The translations under genes and the position numbers were made by a program. DNA of 64,000 bases from Gordius albopunctatus (taxonomy: Eukaryota): contig OZ193909.1 of NCBI GenBank assembly GCA_964276515.1, positions 1,364,001 through 1,428,000 on the forward strand, read 5' to 3'. Within the stretch, counting starts at the first letter, position 1; each line of letters starts with the position of its first letter. Shown piece by piece: positions 24,854-36,835 of the stretch. The notes under the pieces were generated by a model. It did not search any database, was not told the DNA's origin, and was given only the letters and a program-made list of their open reading frames with translations.

Positions 24854-26842
24854 GCCTTGTCGATTCCACAAGAATTAACTAATTTGGATTTTAGAAAAAT
24901 GGGGGTGAATTTTGCGAGAATATAAAATATATATAAAAATGAAGCGAAAAGCGGGGTAAATTGGATAAAATTTTCTATATATTGGGAAAGGGGATGGAAT
25001 GGGCTGCAAGATAAATCCTGTGTCAGAAAAAAACAGGCGTGCCGTGCCGGAGGGAGATCAATATTCAATAATATCATGAGTGCAGCCAGCATCGGAATTA
25101 GAGGTCCATCCGTATTTATATTATTAAATTTTAAAAGATTTTTGGATTTAGGGGCGCCCGCCCCCCTCTTGGCTCATAGCCGTTTTAATCTCAAAATATG
25201 TAGATTTAGACAACAGGGGCAGAGGGGGTCATGGATACGAACGAGGGTAGCGGCACAGCTTTGGGATTGGTAAAAAAATCGATATTCCCAAATTTTAGCC
25301 AATATTTTTAGGGGCGACCCGAGAGGATGATCCCAGGTGGAGGGGAGAGACGCGAGAGATAAAGGACTATTATAGCCGGGTTGATTAACAACGCTATTTC
25401 TTCCACTTTACATAATGCTTTATTATGGACAAATTAAACGGTTTAACGAACGGGCCGACAAACTGTTTGCAGATTTTGGTAGAGTTTTTAGCGATGAACG
25501 CCATTTTTTTTTAAATTTATCCTGAAACGTCAAGTTTTCGAAATATTTGCGGTCACAGTTGATAAAAACAGCGATTTTGGCTTTTTCCAAATAAAAAAGA
25601 GTCGTTAGATGGCTTTTATCATATAATAGGTGTTTTAGACTGTCAAACGCAGTGATCCTCTACTTGATCAAGTTGCTATAGATTTTATAAGTTTTTTTTT
25701 AAAACCAGAAGAAAGCTTTTTAATTTACTAATCATCACCCTCATCGACACGATCCCCGAATATTATAAAACTACATTTTTCCCCTTTGTAGTTTACAAAA
25801 TTCCGGCGACTAAAACCGGATGTCCTGGGCAATCAATCTTTTTCAACCCGATCCCGCCGAATCAACTTTGTGCTCCTTTCTGTTCTTATTAAAACCCCTG
25901 AGCTAAGTTCGTACCTCGAAATCATAACGATTAGGCGTTAAACGAACCTCTCGTTACCGACTGCTCTATGCATTAATCGATCGAAATAGCTGTATAGAGA
26001 CAGTCACATCCCCCTAGTTGGTCTCTTTATGTTTTGCTGACCTCAAGGCTTAGTCCAAATTTGAAAAAGAGGCCAGAAACACAAAAAGTAACAGGAGCTC
26101 GGGATCCTTCCCATTAACTCAGCCAGTTGGTAAACTTTATTAACTAGAGACAAAGCCACAAAATCGATAAGAGCCACGCTTAAAAGTGAAATGGCAGCTT
26201 ATTCACACTAAGCAGCCCCCGTATGAGCGTCTCATCCAGGGGAAGGGGGGGGGGGGGGCGCTTGTCCTGCTCTAAATCTAAAATTTGTTGCAATTTTAGA
26301 AAATTATGGGGCTAAAATTTCTAAAAAATGATCATTTCAATTTTCTCATCTAATAAAAAATCAAGTGCGAAATTCACATTTTTCCCCGCTAAAATTTACG
26401 ATTTTCGGGGACGTTGACTTAGAGGAAAAGACAAAGGACGTTAAGGCTTATAAACGCTAATTTGTCACGAATATAATTTTTCATTTTCCCCGAGCGAACC
26501 CGCCCATTTCGACGCCATCTGTCGTTTATGCCGGTCGACTTAGTGCCAGGGAAAAATTATAATATTATCGGTATGGCTTAAATCCATAGACTACATAGAC
26601 TGACTGACTGACTGACTGGTCATGTCATATGCTTCATATGGTAAATAAAATGTGTATAGCATTAAATTCGCTATTTTGAGTTTAACGATCCCGGAAAGAG
26701 TGAATTTAATTTCCTCATTAGTTAATAAATGAAAAGGAATGTTAACAAATGATTATTTCATAAAATGGAGATAGCAGCACTAAGCGACTTTGATTTCACA
26801 TCATCAGAGTATTTTAATGATTTTTTTTTGAATTTTGTAAAT

Positions 26843-26845
<3 letters not shown>

Positions 26846-26904
<59 letters not shown>
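26846..26904. repeat. (AT)n microsatellite
   Basis: Uninterrupted dinucleotide run. Confidence 0.95.
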
Positions 26905-26909
<5 letters not shown>

Positions 26910-29900
26910 AAATGCTGTTTTGAATGTTTGACTAGTTCAATATTTTTGCATTACGTTTTAAAAACACTTTAATAACCCAAAATCACTATGATCTGCTGTA
27001 TGTCCTTCTTGCCCCTTATTAGTGCACATTTCAAAATGGCGGAGGAAAAACGGTAGAACTTTTTTAAAGTTGATGAACATTCTATGTAGTCTATGCTTAG
27101 TTCGGAGCGCCTTATAAAGATAACCTATCAGGGTTCTTATCTTACCATTTACGAACATTAACAATAAAAATAATATTGGAAAATTTTGGGGAATTGAAAA
27201 AATTAAGATTTCATCTACATATATTTTATTATTAAATCGAGAATGCACGACGAAATAAAAAACCAAAGTTATGAGCGCCAGGCTCGGATTTAAACCAAAT
27301 TCCAGTTAAAATTAGCTGGACGGACAGGCCAGACGAGAGATTTTTCTTAGCGGGGGTAGGCGTATATTCAAATATTTATTGATTATTGGTTCTAATCAAT
27401 CGATACCGGCCGGCTCGCTCTTATCGATTTTTGGGATCAATTTTATGGATTTTGGGTTCTTTTGAAAGATGGAAGCATTTTTAAGATTTTTTTTATTTAA
27501 ATTCGACAGTCTTTAAAATAATTTATGAAAACGGTCCCTTAAATTATTATTAGCTAACGGTTATATACATGAGCCCATAAATTGCATAGCAATTAATATA
27601 AATTTGTCGGTTAGGACATGGGTGGTGGGAGTATGAGAGAAGTGCCGTATTAAACGTTCCAATTTTTGGACATTATAACAAAAAAAGCTTTAAACTGTGC
27701 AATTTAACCACCTAAAACATACGTATACATATAAAAGCCTCTTTTACATTTCACATTTTTAGCACTTCAACTAAGACTAAGCCTAGTGGTCAACTAAGAA
27801 AAGCGACCAAAAAATCTTTGGTCTGACTAATCCATAAAAAATCCGACGGGGACTTCGGGGAGTATTACTAAACGTTCCAAATTTTAGACATTATAACAAC
27901 GGGAAGAGTCAAAAAAAACTATGCAACTTCGCCTTCTAAAATTATCGATTTTCAGGGTGTCCTATTCAATAGGGACCCCTAGAGGAGACCTCATTTCACG
28001 ACAATCGGGGTGGAGCGTGGGTCAAAATGTCACCAAGATCTTTAGTGTGTAGGTAAAAGTGTCCAATTGAATTTTACACTTTCTAAACCCCGTCCCCGCA
28101 TGAAAAAGCAAATTTTAATCAATATCAGTATTGATGGGAAAATTTATTTTCTACCCAAAAAAATTTTGTACGTATTTATAGAGAGCAATATAATTAATTA
28201 AATTTCCGACTAACTAGCATTCCCCCGTCACTCTCGCCAACTAATTAACGAGCTCGTAGCTCTTTCATCCTATAGAGAGTTACAATTAAAAAGCTACCAC
28301 TCGTGGAATCTAATTTTAAGCCATAAAAAAGGTTTTTTTAGGTTTGAACTTTTTAATTAAAAATCTAGGCATTAACGCCTCCGAAAAATAAGGGCATAAA
28401 TGTATATGGGTGAAGGACGATCGATAGTAAGTTAGGCATCTATTCAAAGGGCTTCCATTTTGGCGGCCATCTTAAACATCACCGATTTTGAAATAATCGG
28501 TAAAAATCATTTCAAAACGCTACATCTGCCCCCTCTATTTGGGCAACGCTAGAATTAAATATATATTAACTTGTCATAGAAACAATTTGGACAGGATGGA
28601 CAACAAAACAAAAGTAAGCCTAAATTGCATAGCGATTGATACTATTTTAGAGGTGAGCGAAATAGAGCTAGTCGCGATAGGACAAGACAATACGACATGT
28701 GGTGTGATATGGTACATCTAATTGTCACCAAATGTCGCGCTCGTCAGTTCCTTTCTCCCTCGGGGACGTGAATATAAAGTGACGCGCCAGTGTCAATTTA
28801 GATTGGTGACCATAACCCTCCCCCCCCTCTCTCATAATATAAATAAAATCCAAGAATGCGAAAGAAAAAAAACAGGAAACAGTCAGACTATTTTCACCCA
28901 TTTATGACAAAAAATATTAATTTTCAATATTAGTAAAAGTTAGGGTAACACCTAAAAAAACGCGGCCTTCTTTTCGCCATCAACAGTGCTGGGCGCGGAT
29001 GGGCCAAAATTTTGCATGGATTTCGGTAAATGATTAAAACGGCTGTTAGGATCTAGGGTGAAATTTTGGTTTATAATTGTGTGAAAACAAAAAGATATTT
29101 ATAGCTAGGGGGCTAAATAGTTTGAAAATGATTATTAACATGATTTTGGATACAAATTAAATTTAAAAAGAAAAACATAAAATAAATAGGCTCCTTAGGG
29201 GTTGAAAGCAAAACTTTTAGACAAATCGAAAATAAGTATATAGGTAAAAGTGATTCAAAGAAATTCCTAATTTTTTCATGCAAGGTTACTATAAATTAAA
29301 CTACAAAATAGGTGCTTCTATTTTCTCTCATTTTATCGTAAATATGTGTGAAATGAATGAAAGGCTCTTCATATCCGGTTGTGGAAAAAGGTAAAACAGC
29401 TGGGTTTTGAGGGGTCAACCTTTAGATGACTAAAAAAGGTTTTTTGGTCTCTGTTTTTCATAAACGACATCTAGGCTTAGTAGAAATTTGAAAAACAGAC
29501 CCAGAGTTGTTAGACTTAGTTGAACCAAACAACTCCAGTAAAAAACACTTTTAAAGCATATATTCACCAAAAAATCACTAGTTTATAGGCAAAAATATTT
29601 ATTTTAATTATACATTTTTGTTTAATTTTCAAAATTAAAGGAAAATTGTTTAAAGGGTAGTGAGCAATTGAACTATGCATATCACACAAGTGCATTCCAT
29701 TGAAAGATTTCCTATAATAAATATGTGTTTGTTTAGTTTATGTAGTCTAGACATATCTCTACACCACATCATCCAGCCATTATTGATTTTTGTTTTTATT
29801 TGTGTGAATAAATATTTTAACCATAAACCAACTATGCTTTCTAACAGTATCATCATGGAAAAATTGGATTAACAAAAATCTAATAAAAACCTGCAGAAAT

Positions 29901-31851
29901 CTTTAGAAGTTTATAGTATTAGTTTTTATAGATTTACATAGTCAAATTATTGTATTTGGAATGCCTTATATGTAAGAAATTAACCTTTCAATAATATCTA
30001 AACTTGTTTCAGTTGAAGAATATACCTACCTAATCATGAATTAAATATAAATGCTTTGCCAATGTTTTTAGAATATATCATTTAATTCACATTAAACAAT
30101 CATAATACAACACAATATCTATAAAGGGAATAATGTCTTTCATTAAACTGTAAGCATGTATCAAATTTTGTTTTAGTTTTATCTTTAATAATTAAAGAGG
30201 AATAAAACCAATATAATAAATGTTAAAAATTATTTTTTTAAAAACTTGTTTAATTTTAAAATTATCATGAAATTAAAGATTATTTTATATTAAAATAATA
30301 TATCTTCATTAACAAGCTATTTATTTATTTAACATACTAATAAAATATCATGTATATATATTATGATAAATTGCGTGGGAATTTAGTCATTCAGTAGACA
30401 ATAAAAAATTTACATATTATATCAAAAAAACAATATATTCATAATTTTAAATTTGCAAAAATAAGATAAGTTAAATTCTCATACGATTATACAAAATATC
30501 GAGTTTTATCAACTTACTTTAATCTCAGTAATTTCAGGCATTATAAGAATGCATAAATTTAAAAAAAGCTGGTTTTTAGTAAATTTGCTACACGAGGAAC
30601 ACGCTTATAAAGGAAATCAAATTTATTTAATGGCTTATGCTTCACTAAAATAGGCTTATGATTCTAACAAAATTAGGATTAGGGTTTGGTTCAGGGTGGG
30701 CAGATAATCTTTTTTCCAAATTAACAAAAAAATAACTTGCCCTGAATGTGTGTCAAATTCGGATTTCGGCAAGACGTATTTATTTGTAATAAGGCTAGCC
30801 TAGTATTAATTATATTAATGCATAAATTTATATCTTTTAAACATAACAATTAAGCGTTTATAAATACTCTGAACAAAATTTTTATAAGCTTTGATAGTTT
30901 TTTTATGAAAAAACTTGCTTTCTACTTCTATTAGTAAATCTTTGAGATAGAGTTGCTTATCAGGGTAGGGAAAATATTAAAAATAACTCATTAAGATTAA
31001 TTGGAAAATGTATCTCCATAAAAAATAAAATTTATTTAGCCGTCTCTAATGATTTTTTTATTCCACATATATTTTTTTTAAAAAGTCGAGACGAGACGAG
31101 ACCGAGATTTTTAAAAACCGAGACGAGGTCGAAACACTAGTCCAAAACCCAACCCTACCCGTTTGGAACGCGTTCGGAAAGGATTCGGCTAAAATAATTT
31201 AAACTCTTTCAAGTCGGGTTCGCGTTGAAATAAAGTGACAATAATAATGATAAGAAATATCATCTGCTTTTTTAACAGTTCAATAAACATGGATTAAATT
31301 GATATAAAACTAATGGTTGTTTCATCAGCGGGCTAAAGATTTTTTCCTTTATTCTTTATCTAAAAGCATTATTTAATTTTGACTATTAATTTGTGATCAA
31401 TTATATATAAGTAAGTTTATAATTTAGTGTCCCTCTTATTCAGCAGACATGTTGGTTTTATTACCTTTCCTTATTTTATATATGTTTATGATATTTTAAA
31501 GCAGATCATTTTGAGATCAAATACTACAATTGGTGTGATGGGCCAAGAGGCGCACCATCTGCACGTACTCTTGTTAGACTCGTAGAAAACACCCTCCCGT
31601 TCTTTGACTACGCTCCTGAATCAATTAATTTTTCAACAAATCCTTCAGATCTAATATCTATATTAAAGTTTGTTACATATTTTAACTAGCTTGAACTCTA
31701 TGTTAGCATAAATCAATATGTCTTAGTCCTCTACTGATATCCTAAAGTATTTTTACATATTTATGATATTTTTATAGTTATTACAAAGGTACAAGTGGGT
31801 ATACTTCTTATCATTATTTATAAAACAAGTATTATAATTAGTTGTACACAA

Positions 31852-34800
31852 TCTTCTTCTTCTTCTTTATCAGTTATTTGGTCCCACATTGGTGGGGTTT
31901 GTTTTGATGAGTCTCTTCCATCTTGACCGGGTTAGTGCCATGTCTTGACGAATCTCTTTAGTTTCCATAACTTTATCGACTTGCCTTTTCCACGTGACAC
32001 GGGGTCGTCCTCTTCCTCTCTTCCCCGGTATTTTCATGTCTAGCACTTTTCGATTTACGTCATCCGGGTCCCTTCTTAGTATATGCCCATACCACCTTAG
32101 CCGATTTTCGTTAATCATGTCCGCCATAGGTTGAATACCCATTTTTGTCATGAGAAAGTCATTCGTCATATGGTCGAGCTTAGTATACCCCAAGCTCCAC
32201 CATATCATTCTCATCTCCGTGGCTTGTAATAGCTTTCCTTCCGTGGTGTTTAACGCCCATGTTTCACTTCCATAGAGTAACACCGGTCTTACGATGGATT
32301 TGTAAGCTTTGCTCTTCAACCATATTGGCATTTTCTTGTCGCACATTACACCGGATATACTTCGCCATTTAAGCCATCCTTTTTGAATCCGGGCATTGAT
32401 TTCAGTTGCGCAACCTCCCTCTTGATGTAGCATAGAGCCGAGGTAATTAAACCTGTCTACTTTTGGGTACTTTAGGTGGTCATCCAGCGATGGGGTGCTT
32501 GTACCGTTCATTTCCATGTATACCGTTTTTCGATCGTTGACCTTTAAACCATATCCAGCTAAGCGCTTTGACCACTTTTCTGCTTCTTCGAATACCTTCT
32601 CCCTTGTTTCCTCGCATAGTACTATATCATCGGCATATAGCATACACCATGGCGATGGCTTTTGAAAGTCCCTCGTTATCGTGTCTATAATTATATTAAA
32701 TAAAAAAGGACTTAAAGCAGAGCCTTGATGTAATCCAATATTAACCCGAAAAGGTTTAGAGTCTCCAACTGTCGTCCTAACGCAAGAGTTTGAGGCTTCA
32801 TAGATATTTTTCATAAGCCGTATATATGCGTCAGGGATATTTTGTTTCCTCAGGCACCACCAAATTAAATCGCGGGGGACCGTGTCATAAGCTTTCTCCA
32901 AGTCGATAAAAACCATATGTAGGTCTTTCCTCTTTTCACCATACTTATCCATCATTTGTCTTAGGGCGAAGATTGGGTCGATTGTGGATTTGCCGGCCAC
33001 GAATCCGAATTGATTAGCCGATATTTCCACCTCGTTTTTCAGCCTTGTTACTAAGATCCTTTCCAAAAGCTTCAAGGAGTGGCAAGTTAGCTTGATACCT
33101 CTGTAATTGCCGCAGTCCTGAGGGTCTCCTTTCCCTTTGAATAAAGGTATAATCGTGCTTGCTCTCCATTGATTAGGGATTCGCTCTTCTACCAATATCT
33201 TGTTAAGGAGGTTCGTCATGGTGGTGACTCCTTCTTCACGACATCCGAGCAATGCTTCCATAGGTATTCCATCTGGGCCATTTGCTTTTCCTTTTTGCAT
33301 CTTGTTCATTTGTGTCCTAACTTCATCCTTCTGAAAGAGTTCGACCATACTTATATTTGGCTCAATTTCGGGAAGGGAATCCTTGTCATTTGCAATATTC
33401 ATAAGTTTCTTAAAATATCCTTTCCACCTTTCCATCACTTCCTTCGGCTTGAATAAGGTTTGACCCTTCTCGCTTTTGACTATTTTAAGAACTCCGACAT
33501 CTCGACTTTTCTTCTCCCTTATCTTGGCCAATTTGTACATAAGCCTATCGCCCCCTTTATGATCCAGTTTGTTTGCCATCTCGGTGTACGCAGCATTCTT
33601 CGCTTTTGCAACGGCCTTTTTTGCGGCCCTCTTTGCGTCCCTGTACTCTTGATAATACTCCGACTTTTTTGATTTATGCCACCGTCTATATAGATTTTTC
33701 TTTATTTCGATGCAATCTTTAACCGATTGATCCCACCACCATAGTTCCCTATTCATAGCTTTGCCTCCTTTGGTCTGTCCTAGAACACGAATCGCTGTTT
33801 CCTTAATGTCCTTAGATAGCGTTTCCCAATCTTCGTCTACGTCCCTTTGCAACTTCCTTGCACCCAAGAGTGAGGAGGCTTTTTGATGGTATTCTTCGTT
33901 CGTCGACGTATTCTTTAGCCTTTCGTATCGAATTCGAGGTTCATATACCTTTCTTCTTTCGGGAAATACTCTTCTGTCAAGATCCATAACAAGGGGACGA
34001 TGTTGCCTGGCGATTTCTTCTCCCGGTATTACTTTGCAATCTTTGATACTCCATAAGTCCTTTCGCCGTATAAGCAAATAGTCGATTTGACTTAAATGCT
34101 TCCCACTTCTATAGGTCACAATATGATCTTCGCGCCTTTGAAAATAGGTGTTAACGATCGCCATGTCATATGCTTGGGATACTTGGAGAAGTTTTTCCCC
34201 TTCTTTGTTCTTCAGACCATGCCCATAGCCTCCATGATTGCGTTCATACCCGAGGCGATCTTTCCCTACGTGAGCGTTGAAATCGGCCCCAATAATTAGC
34301 CTTTCTTCCTGTCGGATTCCTTGTATTTCCTTTTCCAATGATTCGAAGAATATGTCTTTCTCTGATTCCGAACACCCAATTTGGGGAGCATACGCGCACA
34401 TAACGGTTAGGAGGCCCCCTTGATCTGCAATCTTCACCCACATTAGCCTGTCGGAACAACGTTTGACTTCCACCACCTTGTCCTTGAACGATTCACTTAG
34501 AACGATACCGACCCCGTTTCTACGATTTGGTGACCCACTGTAGAAAAGCTTGTATCCTTCTCCTAATTCCCGAGCTTTCGTTCCGTTCCACCTCGTCTCT
34601 TGTAGGCAGGCGATGTGTACCTTTCTTCTTTTTAACATCTGTGCGACCTCGATGCTCTTCCCCGTCAACGTTCCCACATTCCAGCACGTAATTCGCATTC
34701 TTTCCACAACTAGTTTCCTTAACCGCCTTCGTTGTGAGTTGGGCAGTAACCCTAGTGTATTTTTCACATTGCACGGGCGGGGTATGCAGTGCGCGTCGTT

Positions 34801-34945
34801 TGTGGAGGACGCCCTAGCCTTTTCTTGTAAAGTCTCGTTTGAAACTATCATAAATTTTGGAGTTGATTTTTATAGCCGGTTTCCGACCTGACGCCAACCC
34901 TCCACTTTTTGCACACGGACTTGGGACCGTCGTAATGCAACCTTG
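31852..34945 (-). mobile_element. RTE-clade non-LTR retrotransposon, apparently intact
   Basis: Single ORF with APE endonuclease and RT domains, very short 3' UTR and a (GAA)n tail at ~31852-31867. The 5' boundary is approximate and no clear TSD was seen. Confidence 0.93.
31870..34851 (-). CDS. RTE retrotransposon ORF (AP endonuclease + reverse transcriptase), 993 aa
   Basis: EN motifs WNVGTL, LQET, YAPQ, ADFNAH, QIDY; RT motifs FIDLEKAYD, GLHQGSALSPFLF, YADD, YLGS; C-terminal RLRWYGH...RGRGRPR. Confidence 0.95.
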   Translation of the reverse strand: MIVSNETLQEKARASSTNDAHCIPRPCNVKNTLGLLPNSQRRRLRKLVVERMRITCWNVGTLTGKSIEVAQMLKRRKVHIACLQETRWNGTKARELGEGYKLFYSGSPNRRNGVGIVLSESFKDKVVEVKRCSDRLMWVKIADQGGLLTVMCAYAPQIGCSESEKDIFFESLEKEIQGIRQEERLIIGADFNAHVGKDRLGYERNHGGYGHGLKNKEGEKLLQVSQAYDMAIVNTYFQRREDHIVTYRSGKHLSQIDYLLIRRKDLWSIKDCKVIPGEEIARQHRPLVMDLDRRVFPERRKVYEPRIRYERLKNTSTNEEYHQKASSLLGARKLQRDVDEDWETLSKDIKETAIRVLGQTKGGKAMNRELWWWDQSVKDCIEIKKNLYRRWHKSKKSEYYQEYRDAKRAAKKAVAKAKNAAYTEMANKLDHKGGDRLMYKLAKIREKKSRDVGVLKIVKSEKGQTLFKPKEVMERWKGYFKKLMNIANDKDSLPEIEPNISMVELFQKDEVRTQMNKMQKGKANGPDGIPMEALLGCREEGVTTMTNLLNKILVEERIPNQWRASTIIPLFKGKGDPQDCGNYRGIKLTCHSLKLLERILVTRLKNEVEISANQFGFVAGKSTIDPIFALRQMMDKYGEKRKDLHMVFIDLEKAYDTVPRDLIWWCLRKQNIPDAYIRLMKNIYEASNSCVRTTVGDSKPFRVNIGLHQGSALSPFLFNIIIDTITRDFQKPSPWCMLYADDIVLCEETREKVFEEAEKWSKRLAGYGLKVNDRKTVYMEMNGTSTPSLDDHLKYPKVDRFNYLGSMLHQEGGCATEINARIQKGWLKWRSISGVMCDKKMPIWLKSKAYKSIVRPVLLYGSETWALNTTEGKLLQATEMRMIWWSLGYTKLDHMTNDFLMTKMGIQPMADMINENRLRWYGHILRRDPDDVNRKVLDMKIPGKRGRGRPRVTWKRQVDKVMETKEIRQDMALTRSRWKRLIKTNPTNVGPNN

Positions 34946-35380
34946 TAAAAACACCAATAAAAAAAGAATTGTTACTGGAGTAATTTGAAGATGAGAATCA
35001 AGTAATAATAACTTTAATTTATATGCCATCTAGGACACGATTCAAATTAGAGACTAGTTTGACTAAATTTTCCCTATCTTTTTTAGCATGTGACTCGAAA
35101 GTAATAAAAGACATTATTATAAATCGGGATACTAATAAATATCATGATAAAGATTTATTAAGGGCCAGGGGATGGGACATACAGTATATATAAAACAAAG
35201 TTTTTAAGACAAAAGAAAATAAAAAGACGAAAACATATGTTTTTTACCAACACGGCTTTGCCTTACAATATAAAAATATATAATTATCGGCCCTCGTGGT
35301 AAGGGGAAGGGGGCAATGGGAGGAGGGGAAGGGAAGGGGGAACGAAACTAATTGATTCTCAGTATAAAAGTAGCATATTT

Positions 35381-35755
35381 GCTATGCAATTTATGGGCGA
35401 GAATGCCTATAGGGGGGTGGGGTATTAAATGCAAAATAATTACTTAATTATTTATAGGTCCTTGTAGGGGAGGGCTTAGGGTAATTATCAATGTTACCCA
35501 ATTCAAAAACGAAAAAAAAATTTCGATTTATTTGACCAATGGTCATTTTTTAATTGGTCAGCAGCCAGCGGACGGTCAAAAAATTATATTATCCATGGTA
35601 TTTACAATAAAAAAATATTAATTTAATTTAAAAAAAATTCGTCCTCTCCCGGGATTGAACTCAAACCTCCAGGTCAGGAAGCTGGTGTAAATAACTTGGT
35701 AGACATCAGACATCAGAAAACGGACAACAAAAAACGAGCCCATAAATTGCATATC
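35381..35755. mobile_element. Small TIR-bounded element containing a tRNA/SINE-like segment
   Basis: Inverted termini gctatgcaatttatgggc / gcccataaattgcatatc, with another terminus copy at 27571. On the minus strand, a B-box-like GAGTTCAATCCC near 35650-35662 is followed by a T-run. Confidence 0.5.
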
Positions 35756-36835
35756 ATATATTAGTCTAGATGATAGGTATTTTAGAAGATTTTTACCCTC
35801 ATATTCAATGTTCTCCATGGATAAATCATGGGGAATCGTTGAGGGTGACGCCCCCCGACCCCATAATTCTCGTGTAAATAATAATTTTCTTCGCGTCACC
35901 ACTGGTCGTAAATTGGGCCCTCTCTTTATAATAGACAACTGGAATCGTTTTAAAACCTTATTTCAATATTACATTAAAGTAATGCTATAGATATATCTAC
36001 TACTTCATCCGAACTCATTTTAAGTCAGGTTTTCATAATATAATAATGCTAAAAACATAAATATGTAATAAATATAATATTAAAAAATTATTTACACATC
36101 CTAAAGTCCATTCATATTTAATTGAACAAGCTAAAAATACTAAAATTTAAATTTTAGGCGGATTCACATTTAACATTTACTTTAATTGGGCGTGTAAATT
36201 ATCTTAAATCGTAGATTTAATAAATCACACAATTTAAAAATACTCAACTATATTTACTTTAGTGCTTATGTTGGTCAATAAAGATATTTCAAAATGGAGA
36301 TCTACCTTCTAAAATCTCGTATCGTTTTGTCTCGAGGTCAATATTCTCTTCTATATTTTCTGCATCCCTACCGAAGATTTTAGCGAATTTGGCAGACAGC
36401 TTTGATAATGATTTGAAATAGTTTATAGTTTAAATGACAAAAAAAATTTCAATTCAAAAACGCTTAAAAATTAAAAAAAAATCCTAATTGAACTTTTAAG
36501 TTTTTCGACCCCCCCCCCTAATCCAATACCTGGCTAAGCAAATGTACAGATCTGTGGTATAAATTTATCAGGATATTAAAATAACGACAAATTAAATTTG
36601 CTATTTTTGTACTTTAACTTACTATACGTAAAATAAACACATATTAAAGTATCAATATTCTCGTTATAGGCCTTTAGTATCTGGCAATTTTTAATTAATT
36701 TATTTGCTTCTGCTTTCCGAATTAAAAATTAAGCTCCCCCGACCCTTATAAAACCCCTTTTAAGCCAGATAGCGGGATTAATAAAATTAGAAATAACTAT
36801 TCTAGACCACATAATAATAAGAAATTAAAAACCAT

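Noticed and set aside
29650..29872. Overlapping short ORFs on both strands
   Set aside because: No motif or splice support; compatible with chance.
33169..34891. Antisense and off-frame ORFs over the RTE (likewise over NSF and the ankyrin exons)
   Set aside because: Shadow ORFs of real coding sequence.
34860..35030. HDV-like ribozyme at the RTE 5' end
   Set aside because: Such ribozymes are known from some RTE elements, but I could not fold a nested double pseudoknot here, and the 5' end may be truncated.
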